From Chthonomonadales bacterium (lineage in GTDB: Bacteria > Armatimonadota > Chthonomonadetes > Chthonomonadales > CAJBBX01), in contig JBMFSQ010000020.1 in the NCBI GenBank assembly GCA_049967475.1, positions 1-63,567 of the forward strand: a stretch of 63,567 nucleotides of DNA. Reading direction: 5' to 3'. The position numbers and the translations under genes were made by a program. A model generated the notes under the pieces. It was not told the DNA's origin. It ran no database searches and saw only the letters and a list, made by a program, of their open reading frames with translations. Of the stretch, positions 48,962 through 58,991 are shown piece after piece; position 1 is the stretch's first letter, and each line of letters starts with the position of its first letter.

Positions 48962-49855
48962 ATGGACCATACTCCCGCACAACTTCGGTTCCTCAAGATG
49001 GAAGGCGTCGGCAATGACTTCGTGGTGGTAGACGGCCGGCCCCTCCACGGGATGGACTGGTCCGGTCTGGCGCGGGAAATGTGCAACCGCCACTACGGTG
49101 TGGGAGCCGACGGCCTTTTGGTGATAGACACCAGCCGCATTGCCCACGCCATGATGCGCATGTACAACCCCGACGGCACTCCGGACGTATGCGGAAACGG
49201 ATTGCGATGCATCGCCCGCCTGCTTGCAGAAGAAGGGTTGGGTGAGCCTTCGCCCAACGAGAGGGATGCGGTTTGCGTGTCTATAGCGACCATCGCCGGA
49301 GTGCGCCGGGCGCTCGTGCGCCTCAACGCTCCCAGCAACCGCCGCGTAACCGTAGACATGGGTCCGCCGCACTTGGAGCCCGAGCGTGTTCCCGTCCAGA
49401 TGCCGACGGATGCCGGCCCGGAATACTCCTTGGAGGTGCACGGCGAAACACTGCGGCTGGTTGCACTCTCTACGGGGAGTACCCATTCGGTGGTCTTTGT
49501 AAACGACCTGCCCCAGGATGAGCCCTTCCGGCGGATGAGTTCAGCCATCGAGAACCATCCGCTGTTTCCGGACCGCACGAGCGTTATGTGGACGCGTGTG
49601 GAACCCTCCAATGTATTGCGCCTGCGCATCTGGGAACGGGGCGTTGGGGAAACGATGGGGTGCGGAACGGGAGCCTGTGCCGCCGCCGTGGCCGCTATGC
49701 TTCAGGGAAGGGTCCGATCGCCGGTTACCGTCTGCAGCGCGGGAGGAGCTCTGCAGGTGGAATGGGAGCCGGGCGAAACGATGCGCCTTACCGGGCCGGC
49801 GGAATACGTGTTCCACGGCATCTATCCCCTGGATCCCGACGGCGACGCCCAATAG
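48962..49855 (+). CDS. dapF: Diaminopimelate epimerase-like protein (divergent)
   Basis: GNDF, GADG, NPDG...CGNGLRC and WERGVGETMGCGTG; both catalytic Cys present. Confidence 0.8.
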   Translation: MDHTPAQLRFLKMEGVGNDFVVVDGRPLHGMDWSGLAREMCNRHYGVGADGLLVIDTSRIAHAMMRMYNPDGTPDVCGNGLRCIARLLAEEGLGEPSPNERDAVCVSIATIAGVRRALVRLNAPSNRRVTVDMGPPHLEPERVPVQMPTDAGPEYSLEVHGETLRLVALSTGSTHSVVFVNDLPQDEPFRRMSSAIENHPLFPDRTSVMWTRVEPSNVLRLRIWERGVGETMGCGTGACAAAVAAMLQGRVRSPVTVCSAGGALQVEWEPGETMRLTGPAEYVFHGIYPLDPDGDAQ

Positions 49856-49911
49856 CCCGGGCGGCCTGCCGCCTCCCGCCCGCCCACACTGCCGCCGAAG
49901 GCATCCCTGGG

Positions 49912-52900
49912 TCAATTCCTGCCGGCCTTCACCGGATAAGGCGGATGCTCCAGCTTCGGCAAGGGCTCTCGGGCCAGCTTCTCCTTGAGATAGGAAATCG
50001 CCCGATCCAGTTGCGGATCCTTCCCTGCCAAGACGTCGGCTGGATCATTTTCCACCGTAATATCCGGCGTGGCGCCCGTGCCCTCTACCACCCATTTGCC
50101 GTCGAACCAGGCGCCGTAGTTGGGGATGTAGATGCGGCCGCCGTCTATGAGCGGGTACCCGCCACCGCTTCCCACCAGCCCTCCCCACGAGTGCACCCCA
50201 ATTACCGGGCCTAGTTTGAGGCGCTGGAACATGTCCGAGAACCACTCGGCATCGGAACCGCTGTTCTCGTTGCAGAGCGCGGCTGCGTATCCCCTGAAGC
50301 CCCAATCCTGCCTAGACCAATAGTGTCCGTACCGAGGCTGGGAGTAGCTAACGGGTTTGGAAGCCATCTGAAGCAGCAACATCCCCGATATGTAACCCCC
50401 GCCGTTGTTGCGCACATCGTAAATGAGGGCATCCCGGTTTAGGTTGGAGTAGTAATGCTTCGTGAACTCCTGCAAGCCGCCTGTGCCCATATCCGGGATA
50501 TGGATGTACCCGATAGCGTCTCCGGCCTGGCGCCGCACGTAATCGCGCTTCATAGCAACCCACTCATAGTACCGAGCCTTGGCCTCACTCGCCATAGGCA
50601 CAATGCGCACCACACGCGATCCTTCCATAGTCGGCTTGGAATTGACCGTGAGAGCGATGGTACGCCCGGCAGTGCCGATGAGGAGCGCCTGAATATCCTG
50701 ATCTTGCCGCACCGGCTGCCCAGCCACAGCAAGGATATAGTCTCCCGGCTTCACATCTACGCCGGGCGCCAGCAGGGGGGAACGAGCGCTGAGATCGAAG
50801 CCGTCTCCCCCCAGAAGGCGCACGATGCGGTAGGCGTTGGCGCCGGGCACCGCCTCCAGATCGGCCCCGAGGTATCCCATGGGCACAGAGGGCGCCGAAG
50901 TGTCGGTATCGCCGCCTCCCACGTAGGCATGCCCCGTGTTCAGCTCGGCGATCATGTCACCCAGCACAATATTGAGGTCGCTGCGGTCGGCCACTGCGGG
51001 GAGCCATGCCTCGTACTTTCTGCGTACCGCCAGCCAATCCAATCCGTGCATGTTGGGATCATAGAAGAAGTCTCTCGCGATGCGCCAAGCTTCGGCAAAG
51101 ATCTGCCTCCATTCGGCCGGCGGGTCCACGTTGAGCATCACGCCGTCCAAAGCAACCTTACCCGTTCCCAGTGTAAAGGGGCCGGTGTTGGCGTCCACAA
51201 TGTAGAGGTCTTTTCCGTTGTGGATGAGCAGCTTGCTGTGATTGGCAGACACCTCGAAGGCGGAGAGGCGCGCCAAAAGTTGGGTATACTGCCGCTTCTT
51301 GAGGTCGTAAGCCACCAACTGCCGGCCAGGGTCGGGTTGATCCATTCGGGGCAGGTCGTTGAGGGCCGTGGCCAGAATGCGGCCGTCTACGCATTCCACT
51401 TGCTGGTAGTTAGCCGTGGGCATAGGCACGTCAATAACGCGGGACGAGATGCCGTCCAGATCCACCTTCACCGCAGGCAAGGCTCCCGGCGCCGCAGGCT
51501 TAGGCGCCTCTGCCGGTTTGGAAGGGGCGCTTCCCTCTTCATCATCTTCAGGCAGAAACGGGGAAGGCGTGGAGGCCGAGAGAGGAACTAGGGACACGCG
51601 GGACACCCGGTCATAGTAAAAGAAGTGACTGGCCCCGCCTCCGATGGGATCGAACTGGCGATCCTGAAGGAACACGAGGTACTTGCCGCCGGTATCGAAG
51701 GCAGGAGCGTAACTGCTCATTTCTGCGCTGGTTATCGGCACGCTTTTCTTCCCTGCAATGTCATACAGGTAGACAACCGGGTTCCAATTGGGCGCGTTGA
51801 GCGTGTAGGTGAGCCACTTGCCATCGGGACTGAAGCGGTAGGAAGTATTGATGTCGTCGTATGTTCCCGCCATAGTGCCCTGGGCCACGAGGGTTACCGC
51901 ACCGGTTGCAACATCCACGAGCATGATGCGCTGCTCGCGGTCTCCAACCGCAATCCACTTGCCGTCGGGCGACCAAACGAGCTGATCCAGCGGGCCCTTG
52001 TGCTCCTTCGTAAGCTGCCGCGGAGAGCCGCTACCATCGGCCTGGCAAATCCACACTTGGTCTTCTCCGGACCGGTCGGACACGAAGGCGATTTGTTTGC
52101 CGTCTGGAGACCAAACAGGATATTGGGATCGGCTGCCGGGCAAGGGCGCGAGCACGCGCACATCTCCATGTTCTGCAGGAACGCTCAGGATCTGCCCCCG
52201 GGCTTCGATCACCACGCGCTTGCCTGTGGGCCCGATCGAGGCCGAATTGAGGGCCGGCGCCGCAGGTACGCGCCGCGGGCGGGCGTGGATGCGATCTGCG
52301 TCCAACTCGAAGGTGAGATCGTACGATGCTCCGGTGGCCGGATCGTAGACACCGAGCCCGTTGCCGTGCTGAAAGATCACCCGTTTGCCGTCCGAAGAGG
52401 GATAGCGCACCTCATAGTCGGTATAGCGGGTTGCAGGGAACACCCGGCGGGTTGCCACGTCGAGTTTGTAGAGGTTGGCAATGCCGCTCCTCTCGCTGAT
52501 GAAGTACAGGGTGTCGCCAACCCAGCAGGGGGTGGTGTCCACGCCAGGCCAATCCGTAAGGCGGGTGAAGCTCTTCTTCTCGATATCGGCGAGCCATACG
52601 TCGTCGGCCTGCCCTCCCTTGTAGTGGAACCAGTGCTGCCACTCTGCGCTGACGGGGACGAAGGCTACGCGCCGGCCATCCCGGTTCATTGCTGCGTGTT
52701 CCACCTGTGGAATAGGCAACAGCACGGGCCTTCCCCCCGATGCACTCACCTTCCAGAGGCGGTTGCGCCCCTCGGGGTTTTCGCGGCGGGAGCGGAAGAG
52801 GACGTCCTTGCCGTCGGGTGTCCATCCGATGCACCGGGCGCCGCCGGCAGGATCGTATGTGAGGCGCACGGGTTCTCCGCCGTCTACGCTCATCACATAA

Positions 52901-53184
52901 ATATCGGTACCGCCGTCGTATTGGCCGGTGAAGGCGATGCGGCGGCCGTCCGGCGAGAAGTGGGCGTAGATCTCCACACCGGGATGGCTCGTGATGCGGT
53001 GCGCGCGGTGGTTGCGGATATTCCCGAGCCAAAGATCCCCCTCCGCAGTAAACACCACAAGATCTCCATGGATATCGGGCCGGCGCAGAAAGGCCTTCAC
53101 GAGCTCCTGCCCGAAGGCGCCCGCAGGCGCAACGGCAAACAGGATTGCCACGAACCATGTACAGAGGCTTAGGCGCATCTTCAT
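49912..53184 (-). CDS. Exported tricorn protease homolog (S41 family; beta-propellers, PDZ)
   Basis: Signal peptide; many (W/F)SPDG repeats; ELNTGHAY, DVRNNGGG, GSDAE and DPQLDRAI; start moved to 53184. Confidence 0.93.
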   Translation of the reverse strand: MKMRLSLCTWFVAILFAVAPAGAFGQELVKAFLRRPDIHGDLVVFTAEGDLWLGNIRNHRAHRITSHPGVEIYAHFSPDGRRIAFTGQYDGGTDIYVMSVDGGEPVRLTYDPAGGARCIGWTPDGKDVLFRSRRENPEGRNRLWKVSASGGRPVLLPIPQVEHAAMNRDGRRVAFVPVSAEWQHWFHYKGGQADDVWLADIEKKSFTRLTDWPGVDTTPCWVGDTLYFISERSGIANLYKLDVATRRVFPATRYTDYEVRYPSSDGKRVIFQHGNGLGVYDPATGASYDLTFELDADRIHARPRRVPAAPALNSASIGPTGKRVVIEARGQILSVPAEHGDVRVLAPLPGSRSQYPVWSPDGKQIAFVSDRSGEDQVWICQADGSGSPRQLTKEHKGPLDQLVWSPDGKWIAVGDREQRIMLVDVATGAVTLVAQGTMAGTYDDINTSYRFSPDGKWLTYTLNAPNWNPVVYLYDIAGKKSVPITSAEMSSYAPAFDTGGKYLVFLQDRQFDPIGGGASHFFYYDRVSRVSLVPLSASTPSPFLPEDDEEGSAPSKPAEAPKPAAPGALPAVKVDLDGISSRVIDVPMPTANYQQVECVDGRILATALNDLPRMDQPDPGRQLVAYDLKKRQYTQLLARLSAFEVSANHSKLLIHNGKDLYIVDANTGPFTLGTGKVALDGVMLNVDPPAEWRQIFAEAWRIARDFFYDPNMHGLDWLAVRRKYEAWLPAVADRSDLNIVLGDMIAELNTGHAYVGGGDTDTSAPSVPMGYLGADLEAVPGANAYRIVRLLGGDGFDLSARSPLLAPGVDVKPGDYILAVAGQPVRQDQDIQALLIGTAGRTIALTVNSKPTMEGSRVVRIVPMASEAKARYYEWVAMKRDYVRRQAGDAIGYIHIPDMGTGGLQEFTKHYYSNLNRDALIYDVRNNGGGYISGMLLLQMASKPVSYSQPRYGHYWSRQDWGFRGYAAALCNENSGSDAEWFSDMFQRLKLGPVIGVHSWGGLVGSGGGYPLIDGGRIYIPNYGAWFDGKWVVEGTGATPDITVENDPADVLAGKDPQLDRAISYLKEKLAREPLPKLEHPPYPVKAGRN

Positions 53185-53191
53185 GAGTGCG

Positions 53192-55138
53192 TCACCCTTT
53201 CTGAACAACAAGATCCGGCAGCGTCAACCCGAGGCTCCACGCCGGGTGCGCTGCGGCATCTTCACTGAGTTCCAGCGTTAACGGATCTTTCTCCGGTGTG
53301 CCCGCCCGATCCGACGCCATCAGAACGTTGCCGTCCGGATCCAATGTTACCGACTTCGGCCGGAATGGGAGTTCCAGGCGCACCGACGCCGCTGCCCCCT
53401 GCACCGCAATCATTCGGCGTGCGGAGGAACCATCGGCGCCTCGGATGAGAACGGGGATGCGCAGGCGATAGGGCTCGCCTTCCTGGCGCAGGTGCAGTTC
53501 CACTACGTACCCGGCGCTTTCCCTGCGCACTGCCCCGGCGGCCGCCGCAAGCACCGGAACCCCTGCCCGGTAAATCCACTGGCGGAAGAACCATGCGTAA
53601 TCCTTGCCCGTCTCGTTCTGTACCGCGCGCTGGAATTCTTCCCAACTCCCTGCTTCCCCGGCGGGATGCTCCCGGACGAAGCGCCTGAGGCACCGCATCA
53701 TAACCGGGGTAGTAAGCTCATCTTCCAGCATCTTCAGAACCATGGCGCCCTTGCCGTAGCCCACTGCAGCCTGGGTTTGGTCCATCGTGTCGTAGGCCTG
53801 GGAAATGGGTATCGGGAATGCCTTGAGCATGTCGCGCCCGTGATCCTGGCCGGAGTGTGCGCCGGTTAGGGCATTGCCGCCCGACTCCTTCCCTGTGAGA
53901 CGCCGGAAAAGGTCGTCGCTGTAGGAGGCAAAAGACTCGTTCCAAAGCGTTTGGGTGTACGGATTGGGCACGATGCCGCCCCACCACGTATGAGACAGTT
54001 CGTGTACCAGTGCCCCGAAATCTCCACGGTCATACGTCGAGAAGGAATAAGCCTCCAAGGCTCCGTCAAAGGGACCGCGCGTCTCGACCAGTTCATAGTG
54101 GGTGTAGGGAAACGGACCGAAGGCGGCTTCAAAGAAGGCCAAGGATTGTTGCAGTAGGTCCAGCGCCTTCTGAGCCCGACCAGGCTTGCGGTCCAGTTCA
54201 TATACCGAGAGCCTCCGCCCATTGACGGTTCGAGACGTGATCGAGTATTCCCCTGCATCCAGTGTAAAGAAGCAGGTGGGGATGCGGTTGGTGAAAGTAA
54301 AGGTGGTGGAGTGGCGCTTCTCCGTGCGGTTAATGAGTTCGCCTTCCGCCACGACCGTCCAGCCCTTTGGTACGGTAGCGGTGGTCGTTTGAGTGGCCGG
54401 CAATCGAGCGATATGCGGATACCAGTAGGAACAAAGGAGAACCTCGTCGGCACGGATGTAATCGCTTCCCGGGTGATCTACTTTGCCGTGGTACTCAAGA
54501 TGAACGATAACCTGGGCCTTGTTGTGCCAAGAAAGCACCACCATGCCGGGCACAGCCTGGGCGGCGGCATCTTCGCCGTCTACGGTCACCTTGTCCACCA
54601 CCATATCGCAGGAGAGGCGTAGGATGCAGATGGCGGCGGCCGCGTCCGATCGTTCCACCCGCACATCATCGGTGATGCGGCAGGTGCTGTTGGGAAGGTC
54701 AAAGGTCACAACGAGGTTGTGGTTGCGGATGCGGTAGCCCAGAGTGTCCGCCTCGGGGATCTCACGCCCGAAGCGCCAACGTCCATGCTGGAGGACGAGC
54801 GTGTAGATATGGTCTCCGGTGGATTCCAACGTGTGGAAGCTCCGGAAGATGGCCACACATTGAGGATCTTGCCTCCCAGGGAGGTTCACGGCGGCCAAGC
54901 TCCAGCCGGGGAGATCTTGGGCCGAAAGGCTGCTCAACCATGCGAAGTCTCGAGGGTTCAGGGCACGGGCGGCAATATCGGCCACCTTGCCATGGCGAAG
55001 GTCTTGTTGAACGTCGGCGATGAACGAGGGCAGATCCTGGGCGCTGCGGATGCCGGCACGGGAAGGCGCCGAGGAGGTTACACCCAGAATGAGAAGCGCC
55101 GCACACGTAAATAGGCGCACGGATAGGGTCCGCCACAT
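53192..55138 (-). CDS. Exported M1 family zinc aminopeptidase
   Basis: GALEA (GAMEN-like), HELSH...NESFA zinc ligands, YGKG; signal peptide from ATG 55138. Confidence 0.87.
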   Translation of the reverse strand: MWRTLSVRLFTCAALLILGVTSSAPSRAGIRSAQDLPSFIADVQQDLRHGKVADIAARALNPRDFAWLSSLSAQDLPGWSLAAVNLPGRQDPQCVAIFRSFHTLESTGDHIYTLVLQHGRWRFGREIPEADTLGYRIRNHNLVVTFDLPNSTCRITDDVRVERSDAAAAICILRLSCDMVVDKVTVDGEDAAAQAVPGMVVLSWHNKAQVIVHLEYHGKVDHPGSDYIRADEVLLCSYWYPHIARLPATQTTTATVPKGWTVVAEGELINRTEKRHSTTFTFTNRIPTCFFTLDAGEYSITSRTVNGRRLSVYELDRKPGRAQKALDLLQQSLAFFEAAFGPFPYTHYELVETRGPFDGALEAYSFSTYDRGDFGALVHELSHTWWGGIVPNPYTQTLWNESFASYSDDLFRRLTGKESGGNALTGAHSGQDHGRDMLKAFPIPISQAYDTMDQTQAAVGYGKGAMVLKMLEDELTTPVMMRCLRRFVREHPAGEAGSWEEFQRAVQNETGKDYAWFFRQWIYRAGVPVLAAAAGAVRRESAGYVVELHLRQEGEPYRLRIPVLIRGADGSSARRMIAVQGAAASVRLELPFRPKSVTLDPDGNVLMASDRAGTPEKDPLTLELSEDAAAHPAWSLGLTLPDLVVQKG

Positions 55139-55209
55139 GGTGTCTAACTTAATCTCTCGGTGATGTGATTCCTGCATGCGGGCAGGACACTGGGCGGGCC
55201 CCATCTGCG

Positions 55210-55238
55210 TTGACACCTGGCGGGAAACATGCGATAAT
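55210..55238 (+). promoter_or_regulatory. Sigma-70 promoter of the pspA operon
   Basis: TTGACA-17 bp-GATAAT. Confidence 0.7.
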
Positions 55239-55308
55239 GACGTTCAGAGTCAGAAGTGCAGGCAATACACGCGTGGCCCGCGCTGCCAGCGACGGCCAGG
55301 AGACCCAC

Positions 55309-56103
55309 ATGTTCAGGCGCTTCTTCAGATACCTGCGTGCCCTCATCATGGGCAAGCTCGATCAATGGGAGGACCCGGAGGTCATCATCAATGAGGCCGT
55401 CCGGGAAATGAAAGAGAACCAAGCCAAGAACCGGGAGGCAGCCGTTCAGGCCATCACCCAGCGCAACAACCTTCAGAACCTGGTGGACCAGAACGAGAAG
55501 AAGTCCAAGGATCTGGAGGCCAAGGCGATCTTGGCTCTGCAGCAGGGAAACCGGGATTTGGCGCGGCAGCTTCTGCGCGAGAAGGGCCAACTGGATGCCA
55601 CACTCGAGAGCCTGAGAGCCTCTCTCAAACAGGCGGAGGAGACGGCCGAGGCCGTCAAAACGGCCATACGGCGCGAGGAGGAACGGATCCGCGTGAAGAC
55701 GGCCGAGGCCCTAGCGCTGAAGGCCAACATGAAGCAGGCGCAGATCCAGAACCGCATCAACAAGGCCCTGGACCAGTTCCAATTCAGCGAGCCCGGGCAG
55801 AGCTTCGACCGGGCGGAGGAGCGCATCCGCAATATGCAGGCGGAGGCGGCAGCCCGCGCCGAGATCGCCAAGACCAGCGTTACTTCCCGGCTGGAGGCTC
55901 TTCAGGACGAGCAAATTGACGTGGAGGCAGACAAGGCGCTGGCAGAATTGGAACAGAAGCTGGGGCTGGCGGCTCCTGCTCCTCAGACGGCTTCTGCACA
56001 AACCGCCCAGGTTCAGAGTGCACCCGCAACCCAGCCAGACGCAGATATCGAGAAGCAATTGCAGGAGTTGGAACAGAAGGCCAACCAACCCAGCAGCGGC
56101 TAG
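55309..56103 (+). CDS. pspA: PspA/IM30 (Vipp1, bacterial ESCRT-III) family protein
   Basis: Amphipathic MFRRFFRYL, EDPE..I, A..AL..G..DLAR..L, FDR.EERI...AEA.A; AGGAG RBS. Confidence 0.9.
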   Translation: MFRRFFRYLRALIMGKLDQWEDPEVIINEAVREMKENQAKNREAAVQAITQRNNLQNLVDQNEKKSKDLEAKAILALQQGNRDLARQLLREKGQLDATLESLRASLKQAEETAEAVKTAIRREEERIRVKTAEALALKANMKQAQIQNRINKALDQFQFSEPGQSFDRAEERIRNMQAEAAARAEIAKTSVTSRLEALQDEQIDVEADKALAELEQKLGLAAPAPQTASAQTAQVQSAPATQPDADIEKQLQELEQKANQPSSG

Positions 56104-56118
56104 CGTGGCGGCGCATGA

Positions 56119-56970
56119 ATGGATCCGAGTGTGTTTGAGCCCGAAGCAGCTTCCTCCCACAAATTCTGGTATGTTGCCCGAAGCGTTCTGGCATCACCGG
56201 CTGCCATGATCGTTTGGGTAGCCGGCGGTGCTTTGGCAGTGTGGCTCCATTCCTGGCTCTTCGTGGGCCTCACCGTAGCAGCCGAAGCAGCCATTCTGTG
56301 GTGGCGTCTGCATGATGAGGAATACCTACGGCACCTGTTTGCCAAAAGGCGTCAACACGAAGAGACACTCTCTGAGCAACAGATTGAACTTGCCCTGGAT
56401 CAGATGGACTTTGAGACGCGGCAGCGCGTGCGCTACATCCTTCAGCTCCAAAAGGAAGTGGCCCGCGAAGCCCGCGCCTCCGACGTAGAAGAATACGCCA
56501 AGCAGGATCTGGATCGCATCGCCTCCCAGCTAATGCCCTTGGTGCAGCGCGCTGTGCGCATGGCCATCCGCAAGCAGCAACTCGCCAAGTACCTGCAGAA
56601 CGTGGACGAAAAGGCCCTTCAAAGCTACTGCACCAGTCTGGAACAGCGCATCGCTTCTACAACCGACGAGGTGGCGAAGGCTCAGTACGAACAGGCCCTG
56701 AAGGCCCGGCGGGCGGAGCTTCAAACCTATCAGGCCATCGCCCAGGCTTCGAGCCGCATAGACAGCCAGCTCGAGAACGTGGAAGCCACATTCGCCAACT
56801 GGAAGGCGCGCGTCATTCGCATCAAAACTGCCGACGTTGCCGGAGCCGCTACGGCGAGCCAGGATCTGCTTCAGGAGCTTGGCGCCCTCAACAACGAGAT
56901 TGACTTGCTGGACAGCAGCGTGAGCGAAGCGCTCGCCGGCGAACAGCCTGCTTCCCTGCATTCCAGTTGA
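56119..56970 (+). CDS. Hypothetical membrane protein: two TM helices plus long helical cytoplasmic domain
   Basis: 15 bp after pspA; hydrophobic hairpin near the N-terminus, then heptad-rich helices. Confidence 0.8.
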   Translation: MDPSVFEPEAASSHKFWYVARSVLASPAAMIVWVAGGALAVWLHSWLFVGLTVAAEAAILWWRLHDEEYLRHLFAKRRQHEETLSEQQIELALDQMDFETRQRVRYILQLQKEVAREARASDVEEYAKQDLDRIASQLMPLVQRAVRMAIRKQQLAKYLQNVDEKALQSYCTSLEQRIASTTDEVAKAQYEQALKARRAELQTYQAIAQASSRIDSQLENVEATFANWKARVIRIKTADVAGAATASQDLLQELGALNNEIDLLDSSVSEALAGEQPASLHSS

Positions 56971-56992
56971 TTGACCCCTCGGAGTTGAAGAA

Positions 56993-57460
56993 ATGAGCCT
57001 CTCGAGAAGGCTGCGCAACATTGCCCTCTCCCAAATCAAGGCCATCAAGGAACGGCTGGACCGGCTGGATGCGGACGCTGCCTTGGGCGACGCCGACACC
57101 CTGGCCGGCGCCGAACTCGCCCGCGAGATTTACCCGACGCCGGAGCCTCCTCGACGGCTCAGCACGCCCGAAGAGATCGCTCCAGCTACGAAGCCCGCAG
57201 AGGCGCCGCGCCCCCCGCAGGTCCAAAATCCCCTCGCGATCCATTACCGCATCCTCGGGGTACCGGAGGGCTCGGATCTGGACGCGGTCGAAGCCGCCTA
57301 TAAGCGCCTGATCGCCCGGTGCGATCCCCAGCGGTTTCCCCAGGGATCTGATGAACGCGCTACCGCCGAGCAGATCCGCAAACGCGTAGAGCATTCCTAT
57401 GATGCCCTCAAGGACGTGCTAGATCCCACGGCCGGCCGCTTCGACAAACTGGAGCTTTAG
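56993..57460 (+). CDS. J-domain-like protein lacking HPD
   Basis: HYRILGV..GSD...[17 protein letters not shown]...YDAL aligns by eye with a J-domain. Confidence 0.75.
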   Translation: MSLSRRLRNIALSQIKAIKERLDRLDADAALGDADTLAGAELAREIYPTPEPPRRLSTPEEIAPATKPAEAPRPPQVQNPLAIHYRILGVPEGSDLDAVEAAYKRLIARCDPQRFPQGSDERATAEQIRKRVEHSYDALKDVLDPTAGRFDKLEL

Positions 57461-57467
57461 CCGGCGC

Positions 57468-57497
57468 TTGCAACGGCGCGCTGTACCGAGGTATACT
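57468..57497 (+). promoter_or_regulatory. Sigma-70 promoter of rpsT
   Basis: TTGCAA-18 bp-TATACT, followed by AGGAGG RBS. Confidence 0.55.
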
Positions 57498-57525
57498 CTG
57501 GCGGTCACCAGGAGGGGAGTGCCGA

Positions 57526-57801
57526 ATGCCCAACATCAAATCGGTCAAGAAGGACGTCATCAAGTCACGCAAGAACCACTTGCGGAATGTGTCGGCCAAA
57601 TCGGCCATGAAAACCTTTATCAAAAAGGCGCGCACCGCCGTCGAAGCGGGGGATCCCGCCGCAGCCTCCGCCGCCGTGGCTCAGGCAGTGAGCGTCATTG
57701 ACAAGACGGCAGAGCGGGGCATCATCCACAAGAATGCGGCCGCGAGGCGCAAGTCCCGCCTCATGAAGCGCCTGGCGAAGCTATCCGCGCCCCAAGCCTA
57801 G
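57526..57801 (+). CDS. rpsT: 30S ribosomal protein S20
   Basis: [19 protein letters not shown]...[15 protein letters not shown]; convergent with holA. Confidence 0.97.
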   Translation: MPNIKSVKKDVIKSRKNHLRNVSAKSAMKTFIKKARTAVEAGDPAAASAAVAQAVSVIDKTAERGIIHKNAAARRKSRLMKRLAKLSAPQA

Positions 57802-57850
57802 GGCTCCCTCAGCCGTGCGTTGCCGTACTCCGCAGGACAGGCTTGGATCC

Positions 57851-58987
57851 TCATGAACGACGGCCGGGATGTGCGCGTTCGTGCGCCCCGGCACCATCCC
57901 GCCGGCACAGCTTCATCAGCAGCACCTGCAGATTGAGGGCCACATCTGCATTGCCTTCCTCCCCGCCCTTATTGGCCAAATCACATTCCGCCAACAGATC
58001 GAAGGCCTGTACCAGTTCCGCTCGCTTCCACAACCTGGCGGCGCGGAACAGATCTGGGGCCTTCCACTTCACCGAAGTAATGGCGCCGTCCGTGGGCAAG
58101 GATGCCGCAATCTCCTGCGGAAGGAAATTCACTGCAGCGGGACTATATCCCATCCTGGCCAGCTCCCGAGCTTGCCAGATGAGGCGAAGCTGACGCACCA
58201 GCAGAACCAGCAGCCTCCCTGCGACGGCTTGAGGTCTTGGATCGTAGCGGAGGAGCTCGGCCAGCAAGGCGAGGGATTTGTGGGCGTTGCGGGCGCCGAC
58301 AGCATCCACCAAGCTGAAGATGACGTCTTCACCCTCTTCGCTGGACACCGACGCCACATCCTCCGCTGTGATCACCTCGCGATCTCCTACGTAGGCCGCA
58401 AGTTTCCTCAGCTCCTGATCCAAGAGCGCGGTGTTCCCCTGAGTGCGGTTGGCGAGCATCTCACGCGCTGTTGGCTCCAGCTCCTTGCCCAAAAGCCGCG
58501 CTTGGTCCGCCAGCCACTGCTGCATCTGCCCGCGTGCAGGGGCATTGCACCGTGCGAGGAGGCCCTCTCGGCGCACGGCTGCATCCAGGGAACGGGTGAG
58601 GATGACCTTGCCGGTGTTGTCGGCCGGAAGGTCCGCGGTAAGGATCAGCACAGTGGTTTGCGGGATCCTTGCCATCAGAAGCGCCAGCTTCTCTGCGTCA
58701 CGCTCCCGGTCGCGCCGGCGCAGAACGTCGGCGCCACGCACAAGCACCACCCTGCGGCCTGCGCCTACGGGGGCAGACACAGCGCTGGAGAAGATCACTT
58801 CAGCCGGCGCACCTTCGGCGTCTAGGAGGTCAAAGTCGAACTCCTGGAATTCAGGGTCCAAGGCGGCGGCCTTGAGCGTGTCTACCGCTTCCCCCACGAG
58901 GCGACGGTCGTCACCGCAGAGAACCACGACGCGGTGCAGCGGCTTGGTGAGGTTCTTGAGATTTCCCCTGCTCAGCGAGATCTCCAT
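57851..58987 (-). CDS. holA: DNA polymerase III subunit delta
   Basis: L.GDD...F....D..., P.GA.RRVVLV, QELRKLAAY...IT.EDV, IFSLVDA, D...KGG; classical rpsT neighbour. Confidence 0.88.
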   Translation of the reverse strand: MEISLSRGNLKNLTKPLHRVVVLCGDDRRLVGEAVDTLKAAALDPEFQEFDFDLLDAEGAPAEVIFSSAVSAPVGAGRRVVLVRGADVLRRRDRERDAEKLALLMARIPQTTVLILTADLPADNTGKVILTRSLDAAVRREGLLARCNAPARGQMQQWLADQARLLGKELEPTAREMLANRTQGNTALLDQELRKLAAYVGDREVITAEDVASVSSEEGEDVIFSLVDAVGARNAHKSLALLAELLRYDPRPQAVAGRLLVLLVRQLRLIWQARELARMGYSPAAVNFLPQEIAASLPTDGAITSVKWKAPDLFRAARLWKRAELVQAFDLLAECDLANKGGEEGNADVALNLQVLLMKLCRRDGAGAHERAHPGRRS

Positions 58988-58991
58988 AGCT

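Noticed and set aside
47220..49031. 603-aa plus-strand ORF
   Set aside because: Antisense shadow of the PMM/PGM gene; no recognisable motifs; expected in high-GC DNA.
50455..53172. 378-aa and 515-aa plus-strand ORFs
   Set aside because: Antisense shadows of the tricorn protease gene.
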